Source of the DNA: Candidatus Multivoradales bacterium
Lineage (GTDB): Bacteria > Acidobacteriota > Thermoanaerobaculia > Multivoradales > J023
Reading direction: 5' to 3'
Length of the DNA stretch: 64,000 bases
NCBI GenBank assembly: GCA_965248925.1
Contig: CBDFLE010000006.1
Coordinates: 1,920,001 to 1,984,000, forward strand
Shown: positions 9,594-19,514 of the stretch, piece after piece
Numbering within the stretch: the first letter of the stretch is position 1
Layout of the letters: the number at the start of each line of letters is the position of its first letter
Program-made: the position numbers and the translations under genes
The notes under the pieces: model-generated
What the model was told of the DNA's origin: nothing
Databases searched by the model: none
What the model saw: only the letters and a program-made list of their open reading frames with translations

Positions 9594-10229
9594 CTACTCC
9601 GGGAAGGATAGCTCCGACATCTCCTTCCGAAACTGCCGCAAGAAAGCCCGTAGCTCGTCAACTGTGACTCCGCCAGGGGGCACCGCATCGTCGCCCAGCT
9701 CGATCTCGGAGAGGACCCAAGCAAGCTGACCGGGCGACATGCCGCCGTCTTTCTGTGACGCCTCCGCCACCGCTTTTTCGATGGAAAAGCCACGCTTGGC
9801 GAGAGTGTAGATATCCACCAAATCTCGGAGCTCGGCTCGAGAAAGTAGGGCACAGAGCTTGTTGGCGAGGATCTCCTCAGGCGGATCAACACGGATCGTG
9901 CCGATCATTAGCTTGTCCGGATAGAGCTGCGGAGCCAGATCTTGTACTAGATCGACCATGACCGAGTCGCCGCCGCGGCGAAGCAGAAAACGTCTGAAGG
10001 TGGCCGCCGTTCGCAGAGCTTCGATCGAAGCACCGAGAGACCTGGCGACCTCATGCAGCGAGGCCACTCCATGATCGAGAGCATCCTCGACCGTGAAGAG
10101 ATCCAGATCTTTGGTCCGTCGATGCTGGAGGTGGAATCCTGCCAGAGCGCCTCCACCGGTCAAGAAGAACCGGCTCTGCCGCTCGAAGAACTCCTCCAAA
10201 ACACGCCGCTGGAAGCTATCCAGAGACAT
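9594..10229 (-). CDS. AbiEii/AbiGii-like nucleotidyltransferase toxin
   Basis: FFLTGGGALAGFHLQHRRTKDLDLF, ANKLCAL, RDLVD motifs. Confidence 0.85.
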   Translation of the reverse strand: MSLDSFQRRVLEEFFERQSRFFLTGGGALAGFHLQHRRTKDLDLFTVEDALDHGVASLHEVARSLGASIEALRTAATFRRFLLRRGGDSVMVDLVQDLAPQLYPDKLMIGTIRVDPPEEILANKLCALLSRAELRDLVDIYTLAKRGFSIEKAVAEASQKDGGMSPGQLAWVLSEIELGDDAVPPGGVTVDELRAFLRQFRKEMSELSFPE

Positions 10230-10611
10230 GGATGGCAAGCCGGCCCTGCTGCCACCACTCGCCGAGCAGGAACTCCCAGAACGGGCGTCGCCGGCCCAGA
10301 TGCTTGACCAGCTTCGGCCACAGCCGCGCTACCTCATCGGGGGTGGTGAAATACCATACTTCCCAGTCCCTGGCCTCGCGCAAGATCTTTCCGAGCAGCC
10401 GTGCCTTCTCCGGCATCGACGCCTTGTTCAATCGCCGACGTAAATCGCCTACGGTCATCGGCTCGTCCCAAAGAAAGTAGGGAACAGCTTCAGGATCGTC
10501 GAAATCCGTCGACAGAGGCGCGGACCAGCGATCTGGTCTGCCCATGTGGGTCGGACTCTGGGCCGTCGTTGGTACGGAATCTGTCATCGATCTGGCCGGA
10601 CCGGTCATCAT
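10216..10611 (-). CDS. Putative antitoxin partner of the nucleotidyltransferase (start uncertain)
   Basis: Small Trp-rich ORF (PYFLWD...KILREAR...FWEFLL) overlapping the toxin start in a TA arrangement. Confidence 0.65.
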   Translation of the reverse strand: MMTGPARSMTDSVPTTAQSPTHMGRPDRWSAPLSTDFDDPEAVPYFLWDEPMTVGDLRRRLNKASMPEKARLLGKILREARDWEVWYFTTPDEVARLWPKLVKHLGRRRPFWEFLLGEWWQQGRLAIHVSG

Positions 10612-10727
10612 AGGATCTCCTGTCCTGACTCAAGACCTGGCTTGGAGCGAAGCTCGCCCCGACCAGGTTGGCCCGGACACCAAGTAGCACTGCGAAAGAA
10701 AGTAGTGCCCCTCACCATCGAGCCAAC

Positions 10728-10827
10728 TGGCGGAAACGCATGGGAATCGAACCCACCCTCGACGAGCATTCACCCGCCGAACAACGGTTTTGAAGACCGC
10801 GAGAGGCACCAGCCCCTGAGCGCTTCC
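10728..10827 (-). tRNA. selC: tRNA-Sec (anticodon UCA)
   Basis: Reverse complement GGAAGCGC...GCGGTCTTCAAAACCGT...GGTTCGATTCCCATGCGTTTCCGCCA: 8-bp acceptor stem, UCA anticodon, long variable arm, encoded CCA. Confidence 0.95.
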
Positions 10828-10872
10828 CCGAGGGCATTGTATCCGCCTGGCATGCTGGCCGCGAGTCGCCTG

Positions 10873-10949
10873 TTCAGCTCTCTACTGAATTCGCGCGCGC
10901 GACGAGGGCGACCGCCAGCTCGGCGCCGAGGCGAGCGTTGGACAGCACC
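10873..10949 (-). repeat. Degenerate copy of the psuG 3' end (direct repeat of 14863-14937)
   Basis: ttcagctctc..actgaa.tcgcgcgcg..gagggcgaccgccagctcggcgcc.aggcg.gcgttggacagcacc is present at both sites; encodes VLSNARLGAELAVAL. Confidence 0.9.
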
Positions 10950-11121
10950 GCGACCGGCAGGCACCGAAACACAGGTTCGGATCGGCGGGATCCGGGGATG
11001 GCCGGTTCCCTGGGCGGAGGCTGGAAGCGCTAGACTCTCCAGTTGAGTGAATTCGGCTAGTCGGCTGGTTCGAGGGTATCGAGCCCTCGGCCGCGGAGGG
11101 GGATTAGAGGCGAGGTCCGTC

Positions 11122-12742
11122 ATGGAGTCCAATACCAGTCGCTATTTCGGTGTCTTCGAATTCGACTTGCAAAGTCGCGAGTTGCGCCGCCACGGTCGCC
11201 CTATGCGGCTTCCACCGCAAGCTTCCACAGTCCTTGCTCTGCTGGTCGAGAAGGCCGGCAGGCTGGTTTCATGCGACGAAATTCAGCGCTGCCTGTGGGC
11301 CGGCGATGTGGTGGATTTCGACCAGGGAGTGAACAATGCCATTTGTCAGATTCGCCTTGCGTTGGGCGACCAGGCCGGTTCTCCCACTTTTCTAGCAACC
11401 GTGCCTCGACGAGGCTACCGCTTCATCGCGCCGGTAACCGCGGCAGGTGTCACTCAGGGCAACCGGAGCGACCGGCCTGCCGGGCCCATCTCAAAGGGCA
11501 ATCCACGGGTTTGGATCGCGTTAGTTCTAGCGCTCGCTGGTGCCGTGGTTCTCTGGCCCCGCCAGGCGCCATACTTCGCGGCTGAACCGTGGGTCCTGGC
11601 GGTTCTACCCTTCACGGACTTGAGCCTGGGAGCGCCGCAGGATTTCCTTGCCGAGGGCTTGGCGGAGGAGCTGATTACCGAGCTAGCTACCCTCGCTCCG
11701 GATCGCCTGCGAGTGATCGCCCACAAGGCAGCCGGGCAAACGGGTCGGCAAGCTTCCTCACCAGAAGTCCTGGTCAGAAAGCTGGGGCTTACCCACTATC
11801 TCACCGGCAGCATTCGGCGCGAAGAGGAAGAGCTGAGGTTGGCGGTGCGTCTGCTGCGCGGGGCGGATGGTGAGTGTCTGTGAGCACAGAGCTTCGACTG
11901 GCGAGTCGAGGATCTCTTGGCACTCGAATGGGAAGTCGGACAGCGGGTTTCGGAGGCTCTAGCCCTCAAGCTACCAAGGCGTCAACCGAGGCCCGCCCCC
12001 GAACCGCGATTCCGCGAGGCCTATCTCAAAGGCCGGTACCACCTGAATAAGAACACCGCCGAGGCCGCCAAGCGCAGCCTACCTTTCTTCGCCCAGGCCG
12101 TCGCTCAGGATCCTCTCTATGCGCCAGCCCACGCCGGCCTTGCGCACGCCTACCTAGCGCTTCCCTGGGAGCCAAGTCGCATCGCACTGGCACGGGACGC
12201 GGTGCAACGGGCTCTCGAGCTGGACGGCCGCCTGGCAGAGGCTCACTCCCTCCGCGGCGAGCTCGCGTTGCAGGTGGATTGGCGCTGGGACATCGCCGAG
12301 GAGGCCTTTCTGCGAGCTATCGAACTCGATCCTGCCGCCCTCGCGCCGCGCACCTACTACGCCTATTGGCTGTCGATCCAGGGGCGCCATCAGGAAGCCA
12401 TCGCCCAGATCCAGCGCACAATCTCCCTCGATCCTGTGCTCTCGCTGAGTGGTCGAGGCCATTGCCGCTGCGCCGCCTGAAGAAGCGGTGCAGGAGTATT
12501 TGCGCTGGCTTCTCGCGAGCCTTCTCCGGGCGGCGGAGGCCGGCACCAGCCATCCAGGCCAGATCGCTGGGCTCTACGCTCAGCTCGGAGACACCGAGAA
12601 AGCCCTCGGGTGGCTGGAGCGGGCATTGGCCGAACGATCGAGCTATATGGTGCGTATCAGGGTAGCTCCCGAGCTCGACTCCTGACGAGGAATCCCCCGA
12701 TTTGAAGAACTCAAACGACGGGTGGGCTCTCTACCGCCCTAG
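11122..12742 (+). pseudogene. CadC-type winged-helix / TolB-like / TPR transcriptional regulator, disrupted
   Basis: FGVFEFDLQSREL...TVPRRGYRFIAPV, TM, LAVLPF, TPRs; in-frame TGA at 11881, frameshift near 12445, TGA at 12683. Confidence 0.85.
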
Positions 12743-12904
12743 CGAAGCCCCATTCGGCCTCTTAGAATCCTCCGCAAACTGTTCTTTTCAAACGATTTGA
12801 GAGCTTACCTAAGACATAGGAACAAAACAGCCAATAGCAATTGACCCGAGCTGGAGGGGTGAGGAATCCTGACCTTGGAATTCACAACACCAAGGAGACA
12901 TTCC

Positions 12905-14371
12905 ATGAAGAAAATCACCTTACTTTTGATCTCGGTTCTACTTGCAGGAAGGGCCGATGCTGTCCCACCGGAGATCGACGAACCGATCGCCAGTGGCCGT
13001 CTCGAGGGTGGCGCCAGCTCGCGCAATGGCGCATTTACCTCTTGGGGCACGGGGGCGGTCGATGGCAGCAACTACTACATCCTCTCGACAAACGTCTACT
13101 TCGGCTTGGTGAGCAGACCCCCTGGGATTTGCCGCTACTTCGACTCCGTGCTCGGCGAGGATCGGAGCATTGGCGAAAACGTCGTGGGTTACGAAGGTGC
13201 CAACGATTTTTCCTTCCTCCAGAGTGCTAACCCGCAATTCACCCGGCTGCGGATCGCTTCCCCTTGCTTCGACGGGCGTTTCGGCGAGCCGACGGAGCAA
13301 GCCCATCGGACCCACGCTTACGGAGGCGGTGCGCTGGTCTACTCTCCAGTAAAGAGCAAATACTATTTCACTGTCAACCGCACGCGTGGGCGCAGGGTCC
13401 CGGGCAGCACCGACCCGGCTGAACTCGCCTCCACTGGCACCACCTGGGCGTCTGGTGACTTCGATCAGATCTTCATCGGTGCCTATAGCTCCATAGACAG
13501 CCCTCTACACCGGCCCATATCCTCTAGCGGGACTTGCCGTGGCGAATTGCAACCGCCCTTCAGCGAAACTTGCACACCAACCCTGGCCTGGAACTGGGTC
13601 CCCTTGGTCCAGCTCACAGAAGACCTGCAAGACCCGGCGGACGGTCAACTCAAGACGTTCTCCGCCCTGCCGCCGCTACTCGCTGCTTACGATTCCTCGG
13701 TCGAGAGCTTGCCGATCTTTGCGGGCATCGGCGCCCGCGGCGCGGTGCTGTTCGGGTTCATGGAATTTGGGAATATTTGCCATGAATGGGATACCTCGAC
13801 GAAGATACCGACCTGTCTCAGTGGCGGCCTGCCCAGCCGTCTGGCCGCGGTCTACTTGACGGACACAGGGGGACTCCGGCCCACCGGCGCGCGACTCCAC
13901 TTCAAAAGCGGTAGCAGCTGGATCCCCATGAACAAGGATGGAACTTTCCCCGTGGTGCCGGATAGTTTCCGGTCGCAGTTCCCGATGGGCGACTACAGTG
14001 CCGTGAAGTACAGCCCGCTGACCTCTAGTTGGAGGCTGTGGGGCTCCCAGTCGGTTGCCAATCCGACTTCTGGCTGCGAAGAGGTTTATCAAACTGAGCG
14101 CGGCTCGAGTCTGGCCTATGCGGACCTCTCAGGGGGACCGATGGTCGAATTCTGGGCCTCGCTCAACAGCTTCGGTCGTACCGCGCCCCACCCCCACTAC
14201 GTCTACGCTCCGGCGTGCAACTGCAGCCGCGAGTTTATCTTCTACACCAGCACCGACTGGGCCTGCTACAACGACCCGCGATACAACACTTCCGGCAATC
14301 CCTTCATCGGCTGGGAGGTGACGGTCAGGCGATGGCTCGATGGGCCACCTTCGCAACCGACCGCCAACTAG
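12905..14371 (+). CDS. Secreted Cys-containing hypothetical protein
   Basis: RBS AAGGAG, signal peptide MKKITLLLISVLLAGRADA, 488-aa open frame. Confidence 0.75.
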   Translation: MKKITLLLISVLLAGRADAVPPEIDEPIASGRLEGGASSRNGAFTSWGTGAVDGSNYYILSTNVYFGLVSRPPGICRYFDSVLGEDRSIGENVVGYEGANDFSFLQSANPQFTRLRIASPCFDGRFGEPTEQAHRTHAYGGGALVYSPVKSKYYFTVNRTRGRRVPGSTDPAELASTGTTWASGDFDQIFIGAYSSIDSPLHRPISSSGTCRGELQPPFSETCTPTLAWNWVPLVQLTEDLQDPADGQLKTFSALPPLLAAYDSSVESLPIFAGIGARGAVLFGFMEFGNICHEWDTSTKIPTCLSGGLPSRLAAVYLTDTGGLRPTGARLHFKSGSSWIPMNKDGTFPVVPDSFRSQFPMGDYSAVKYSPLTSSWRLWGSQSVANPTSGCEEVYQTERGSSLAYADLSGGPMVEFWASLNSFGRTAPHPHYVYAPACNCSREFIFYTSTDWACYNDPRYNTSGNPFIGWEVTVRRWLDGPPSQPTAN

Positions 14372-14720
14372 TTTTGGGGGCATGCCGGCAGCTGGATCGG
14401 AGTGGCGTTACGGTAGACCTCATTCAGGGCAATGGGATCGCCGCCTTCCAGCGGCACCAGCGCCCAATGCGGACGGACCTCGTGGTAACGCTGATGGAAG
14501 GCCACCGGCCGGTCGCGCGCCTCGCCCGGTGATCGATAGATGTCCCCGTACACCTCCTCCTGCTTGAGCGTCTGGTGGAAGCGCTCGAGCAGCCCGAGCT
14601 GCTGAAGTGTGCGGCAGCGCGTACGCACCTGGCTCAGCACACCCTTGATGTGTCTCTGGAACCGCCGAGCCAGGGAGTTGGAGCCATTGTCGGTGACTAG
14701 CGTTGGCGGTCGCTCTAGCG
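14368..14720 (-). pseudogene. Transposase integrase-core (rve) fragment, IS3/IS481-like
   Basis: LVTDNGS, LERFHQTLKQEEVY, YHEVRPHWAL; no N-terminal region. Confidence 0.75.
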
Positions 14721-14870
14721 GTCCGTGCAGCTTCTCGGCCTCGGCGAGAGGTGTAGTGCCAGCAAATAGCGGCTGAAGTAGTGCAGGGTCTCTAACCTGG
14801 GCCGCCAGGACAGCGTCATCGCTGAGATCTCCAAGGGCTTCGTGAAAGTAAGTAGCGTGCTTTTCAGCTC

Positions 14871-15815
14871 TCAACTGAACTCGCGCGCGATGAGGGCGAC
14901 CGCCAGCTCGGCGCCCAGGCGGGCGTTGGACAGCACCAGCTCGATGTTGGCGGCCAGGCTGTCACCCTCGGTGAGCTGGCGCAGGCGGTCGAGCAGAAAC
15001 GGGGTCAGGCGCTTGCCTCCGATAGCCTGCTCGGCGGCTTCAGCTAGCGCGGTCGCGGTGGCGCTCTCGGTCTCGGCGGTGGGTAGCGCGTGGCGAGGGT
15101 GGATCGGGTTGGCGACCACCACCCCGCCCAGACCCAAGTGCCAATGGGCGGCGAGCAACTCGGCCAGCTCGGCCGCGGAGTCGGCGCGGTAGGGCACCTC
15201 ATGGCCACTGTCGCGGCAGAGGAAGGCCGGGAATCGATCGGTGCGATAGCCCACCACCGGCACCCCCACGGTCTCCAGCACTTCCAACGTCCTGCCTAGA
15301 TCGAGGATCGATTTGGCGCCGGCGCTGATCACCGCCACCGGCGCACGAGCCAGTTCAGCGAGATCGGCGGAGATATCGAAGCTGCGCTCTGCTTGGCGGT
15401 GAACGCCACCAATTCCACCGGTGGCGAAAACCCGGATACCTGCCCGCGCGGCGGCGAAAAGGGTGGCCGCTACGGTGGTGGCGCCGTCGAGCTGGCGAGC
15501 GGCGGCGAAACCGAGATCGCGGCGACTTAGCTTGAGCACTTGCTGGCCGCGGGCTATCTGTTCTAACTCGGCGGCATCGAGGCCGACGGTCAACCGACCC
15601 TCGAGCATGGCCACGGTCGCCGGCACGGCACCGCCAGCGCGGATCTCGGCTTCGAGGCGTTGGCCGGTTTCTAAGCTCTCCGGAAAGGGCAGGCCGTGCG
15701 CTAGCAAGGTCGATTCGAGGGCCACCACCGGGCCGGCGGCGGCCAAGGCCGTGGCAACCTCGGGATGGACTCGCAACGCGGCGTCGCAATGAGTCAGACC
15801 GGTCGGGTGCTTCAT
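14871..15815 (-). CDS. psuG: Pseudouridine-5'-phosphate glycosidase
   Basis: VVALESTLLAHGLPFP, GATTVA, FATGGIGGVHR, DISADL, GAKSILD, GKRLTPFLL. Confidence 0.95.
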   Translation of the reverse strand: MKHPTGLTHCDAALRVHPEVATALAAAGPVVALESTLLAHGLPFPESLETGQRLEAEIRAGGAVPATVAMLEGRLTVGLDAAELEQIARGQQVLKLSRRDLGFAAARQLDGATTVAATLFAAARAGIRVFATGGIGGVHRQAERSFDISADLAELARAPVAVISAGAKSILDLGRTLEVLETVGVPVVGYRTDRFPAFLCRDSGHEVPYRADSAAELAELLAAHWHLGLGGVVVANPIHPRHALPTAETESATATALAEAAEQAIGGKRLTPFLLDRLRQLTEGDSLAANIELVLSNARLGAELAVALIAREFS

Positions 15816-15831
15816 GCCGCGAATGCTACAC

Positions 15832-17094
15832 CTAAGATCTTCGAGTCAGCGGCAATCGCGCACCACTCCAACCAGGAAATAGCACCGCATCGTCGGCAAT
15901 ACCAAAGTGGTGGCCGGCGACCCCGGCGAACACCGCACGGAAGTCGGTGGTAACCGGCAAATCGCGACCTTCGTAGAGCGCATCAGGATCGAGCTGGGGC
16001 AAGCTGCCATGCACTTTGCCGCCGTCGATCTCGCCGCCGAGCACGAACAGGCACGAGCCGTGGCCGTGGTCGGTGCCGCCGCTACCGTTCTCACGCACGG
16101 TGCGACCAAACTCGGTCATGGTCATCAGCACTACCTCGTCTCTGGCCGCACCGAGATCGGTCCAGAAAGCCTGGATCGAAGCCGCCAGATCGCGGGCCTT
16201 GCGGGCGAAGGTGCCTTGGCCGGTGCCTTGGCGGACGTGGGTATCCCAGCCGCTACTTTCGGCGAAGGCCACTTCCAAGCCAACATCCGACTTGATCAGA
16301 AAAGCTATCTGCATCAGCGCCCGGCCAAACGGACTCTGTGGATAGTGAGCCGCAGCGACCGGGCGATAGTTGGATACATCGAGCTTGTCGAGGGTGTCGA
16401 CCGCGGCAAAAGTCTCGGCCGCGGTATCGCGCAGCAGCTCGGCGGAGGTCTGCTCGTAGAGAGCTTCAAATCCCCTGCCAGCAGCCGAGGCAGCGCCCTG
16501 CGCACCTGGCAGATCGACGCGGAAGTCGCGCAGATCGGTGACCGCCAGTGAGGCCGCGGAGCCATAGAGCGAACGCGGTAAAGCCGGAGTCAACGCCACC
16601 GCACGAAAAGGGGAGGCGTCGTGGCCGAGTTCGCCGACAACCCGGTTGAGCCAACCGTCGGCAGTACCTTTGCGGCCAGGAGTGCCGGTCTCCATATAGT
16701 CCTGGGCATCGAAGTGAGAGCGGGTTGGATCTGGCGAGCCCACCGCGTGCACCACCGCCAAGCGCCGATCGCGCCACAGGGGCAGGAGGTCGGAGAAACC
16801 GGGGTGGAGGCCAAATCCAACTCCCAAGTCGTGGACCGCATCGGCCGCCACCGCCTTGGCCCCGCCCATCGCCAGGCGCGGCCGCAAGCGGTTCAACAGA
16901 GCCTCTTCGCCAAGCGGCGGCACGGCCATCAAGCCATCCATCGCCCCACGTTGAAAAATGGTCACCAACACCTTGCGCCGGCCACCGCTAGCGGCTTGGC
17001 TGGCAGCGGCCGCGCGGGCGAGAAAGCTCGGTCCAGCACCGAGAGTCACCAGGGCGACTCCACCGGACTTCAGAAAAGCTCTTCGATCGAGCAT
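15832..17094 (-). CDS. DUF1501 family Tat-exported protein
   Basis: Tat motif DRRAFLK; QRGAMDGL, RSHFDAQ, GWDTH, TEFGRT, GTDHGHG; adjacent to DUF1800. Confidence 0.9.
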   Translation of the reverse strand: MLDRRAFLKSGGVALVTLGAGPSFLARAAAASQAASGGRRKVLVTIFQRGAMDGLMAVPPLGEEALLNRLRPRLAMGGAKAVAADAVHDLGVGFGLHPGFSDLLPLWRDRRLAVVHAVGSPDPTRSHFDAQDYMETGTPGRKGTADGWLNRVVGELGHDASPFRAVALTPALPRSLYGSAASLAVTDLRDFRVDLPGAQGAASAAGRGFEALYEQTSAELLRDTAAETFAAVDTLDKLDVSNYRPVAAAHYPQSPFGRALMQIAFLIKSDVGLEVAFAESSGWDTHVRQGTGQGTFARKARDLAASIQAFWTDLGAARDEVVLMTMTEFGRTVRENGSGGTDHGHGSCLFVLGGEIDGGKVHGSLPQLDPDALYEGRDLPVTTDFRAVFAGVAGHHFGIADDAVLFPGWSGARLPLTRRS

Positions 17095-17137
17095 GACCTT
17101 TCTCCTTCTATTTCTCGAACGGCAAAGAACTGCACCG

Positions 17138-19114
17138 CTAGCGACGTTGAAATTCTGGCGCCCCTAGAATCACCCCGACGACCTGGCCGAGGGAGCCGGC
17201 CTTGGCGCCCTCAGCAGTCAACTTTAGAGGCGCGGCGTCATCAAATAGGTCTTCGAGATTAGCCGGCGGCGGACTCTCCTTTTCCGCCTCAGGCGCCCGC
17301 GCTTCAAGCCGCGCGGCGAGCTGGTGCTCACCCACCATCGACTGCAACAAGCGCACCGTCTCTCGCGCATCCCGTTCGGGTAGCAGCAACGGCACGTAGC
17401 TGGCCAGGGCGGCGGCAAGCGACTCTGGTTCTCGACCTCCGTCGAGGGTTGCCAGGTCGAGGCGCACGCCATCGATCGAGCCATTGCCGAGTTGCAAACC
17501 AAAGCTCATGCGCTGCAACAGGGCACCGGTGTTAACCCAAGCGTCGGCTGTGTCTGGATAGCCGGTGGGTGCCTGGTAGGCGTAGGGTAGTTGGCCGAGG
17601 CGGCGCAACCAGTCGATCAGCTGTTGCGGATCGTCGATCTCTGCCGCGGTCGCCCGCAGCGCTGAACTGACCAATTCGAAGGGAGTCTTGATCTTGCCGT
17701 GGCGATAACCGGCAGCCCAGAACTCTGGCGCGTAAGCCAAGGTGCGCATCACCTTCTGCAGGTCGCCGCCAGTGTCGAGAAAAACCGCCGCCAGGCGCTC
17801 TACCAGTGCTGTTGGCGGCCGATCGGCAACGAACCTGATCGCCAGCTTGGTGGCCAGGTGCTCGGCGGTCGAGCGGTGGCCGGCGAGCAGCCCGAGCACC
17901 TCCAAGCCATCCTCGATACCGCGACCCGCAGGTAACCGCTGGCCGAGCACCATCTTGGCCTCAGCGTCGTGGGCGTTGGCGCGGAAGATGAAGTTGCCTT
18001 CGACAACGAAACCGGCCCGATCACCCATTCTACCCAGCCTTGCCGACCGCGACTGAACATTCCCCTGTTTAGCTGGCGGCAACACCGTCCAGCCAGTGAA
18101 GGCACGGGCAACCTCGACCACGTCCTGTTGCTCGTAGCCGCCATCAACTCCAAGAGTGTGCAACTCGAGCAACTCGCGGGCGTAGTTCTCGTTCAAGCCT
18201 TGTAGCCGACGGCCGGTAGGCGGCGGACTCTCGGCCTGCCGACGCTGGCCGCGAGGGTTGGCAAAGCGCCCCCGGCGTCCACCCCCACGGCGTTGGCCTC
18301 CACTGCCGCGGCTCCCACTGCGTACAGCTTGACGCCGCCGTCGATCAAGGGTCGTCGCGACCCCGCTGGCGGCTACCGAGCGTGCGTTGTCGAGGTAAAG
18401 CAGCATTGCCGGATGCTTGGCCGTGGCAACTAGTAGGGCGTCGAAATCACCAAGCACATGCGGCCGAATCGCGTCGCGCTCATAAGCGGTCAGCAAGCCT
18501 CGCACGTCCTTGTCGGTCAGCGAGACATTGAAGTGGTTGAACCAAAAATCGGTCAACACCGCTTGCAGCTGATTCTCGCCATAGACCGCGCGGTAGAGCT
18601 TCTGGGTCATCAACTCGCTGAGCAACCGGCGTTGGCTGCGGTAGCCTTGCTGACGAGCGAAGGCCATCACTTCCCGCCCCCCCCGAGCCCGGCGCCGCTC
18701 ACCGCCAGCCGCATCGGTGACGGCCTGGGCATCCTCGCGGCCGGCCAGATCTTGATCGCTGATCGTGCCGGCGGCGCGCGCTTGGCGCAACACCTGGCCG
18801 GGATTGGGATAGGTGAGATAGATCTCTTCAAGAGGCATTTGCAAGCTGACCAACCCCCCGAGTCGAGTCGTCAACGAGGGCTCTTGCAGCTGCGCCGCCA
18901 ACTGCCCGTCGAGCCAGGTCTCGAGCCCCTGCGCGACTATGCGATCCACATCGCCAGGCCGCGCGCCATAGGCGAAACGATCGAGCAGGTGGGCGGCGGC
19001 CTGGCGCTGGTCAAGACCGGCCTGACGCCACGGCAAGGTGTCGGCCACTAGCGGCGTGGCCAGCAGTAGACAAGGCAGCAGCAGGCGGACAAACATCGGG
19101 CGGGATCGGGGCAT
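17138..19114 (-). CDS. DUF1800 family protein
   Basis: HLLDRFAYG, DFWFNHFNV, PAMLLYLDN, NENYARELLELHTLG, KIKTPFE, PEFQRR end. Confidence 0.92.
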   Translation of the reverse strand: MPRSRPMFVRLLLPCLLLATPLVADTLPWRQAGLDQRQAAAHLLDRFAYGARPGDVDRIVAQGLETWLDGQLAAQLQEPSLTTRLGGLVSLQMPLEEIYLTYPNPGQVLRQARAAGTISDQDLAGREDAQAVTDAAGGERRRARGGREVMAFARQQGYRSQRRLLSELMTQKLYRAVYGENQLQAVLTDFWFNHFNVSLTDKDVRGLLTAYERDAIRPHVLGDFDALLVATAKHPAMLLYLDNARSVAASGVATTLDRRRRQAVRSGSRGSGGQRRGGGRRGRFANPRGQRRQAESPPPTGRRLQGLNENYARELLELHTLGVDGGYEQQDVVEVARAFTGWTVLPPAKQGNVQSRSARLGRMGDRAGFVVEGNFIFRANAHDAEAKMVLGQRLPAGRGIEDGLEVLGLLAGHRSTAEHLATKLAIRFVADRPPTALVERLAAVFLDTGGDLQKVMRTLAYAPEFWAAGYRHGKIKTPFELVSSALRATAAEIDDPQQLIDWLRRLGQLPYAYQAPTGYPDTADAWVNTGALLQRMSFGLQLGNGSIDGVRLDLATLDGGREPESLAAALASYVPLLLPERDARETVRLLQSMVGEHQLAARLEARAPEAEKESPPPANLEDLFDDAAPLKLTAEGAKAGSLGQVVGVILGAPEFQRR

Positions 19115-19280
19115 CGCTCCTCCTCGTGCAATCGGCCCCTCGGGGCCGGTGGACAAGGGTGCAACACGCGGCGCGGGCCGTTCTTGCGGCCCACAGTATT
19201 TTTTCTCTTAGCGACGGATAGCATCAGCGGCCGCCGCAGATCGGTGGACGGCCCTCCAGGCCGTCTGCGACTCAATTCGC

Positions 19281-19490
19281 TCAGGTAAAGCCGGTGTTGC
19301 TGCAACCCGGCTGGGCACAGGCGGTGGACGCCGCGGAAGACGCAGCCGAAGCGGCGAAGGTGGAGTGCTGGCGAGCCAGTCTCCGCTCACCACAGCCGGG
19401 GCAGTCGAGTTCGGCGGCATCGGCACCCAGGGCCTGTAAAATCTCGAACTCATGCTCGCACGACTGACAACGATATTCATAAATCGGCAT
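19281..19490 (-). CDS. FmdB-family zinc-ribbon protein
   Basis: MPIYEYRCQSCEHEFE...CPGCG. Confidence 0.9.
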   Translation of the reverse strand: MPIYEYRCQSCEHEFEILQALGADAAELDCPGCGERRLARQHSTFAASAASSAASTACAQPGCSNTGFT

Positions 19491-19514
19491 AGCTATCCTC
19501 CATCGGCAATCAGT

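Noticed and set aside
7772-9892. 706-aa long start for the OLD nuclease, or a Gabija system call
   Set aside because: The extension overlaps the AbiEii gene and precedes the typical N-terminal strand; no GajB helicase is adjacent
11881-12685. In-frame TGA codons next to tRNA-Sec read as selenocysteine
   Set aside because: They replace expected Trp/Leu positions rather than Cys, the gene also has a frameshift, and no SECIS was identified; pseudogene is the simpler reading
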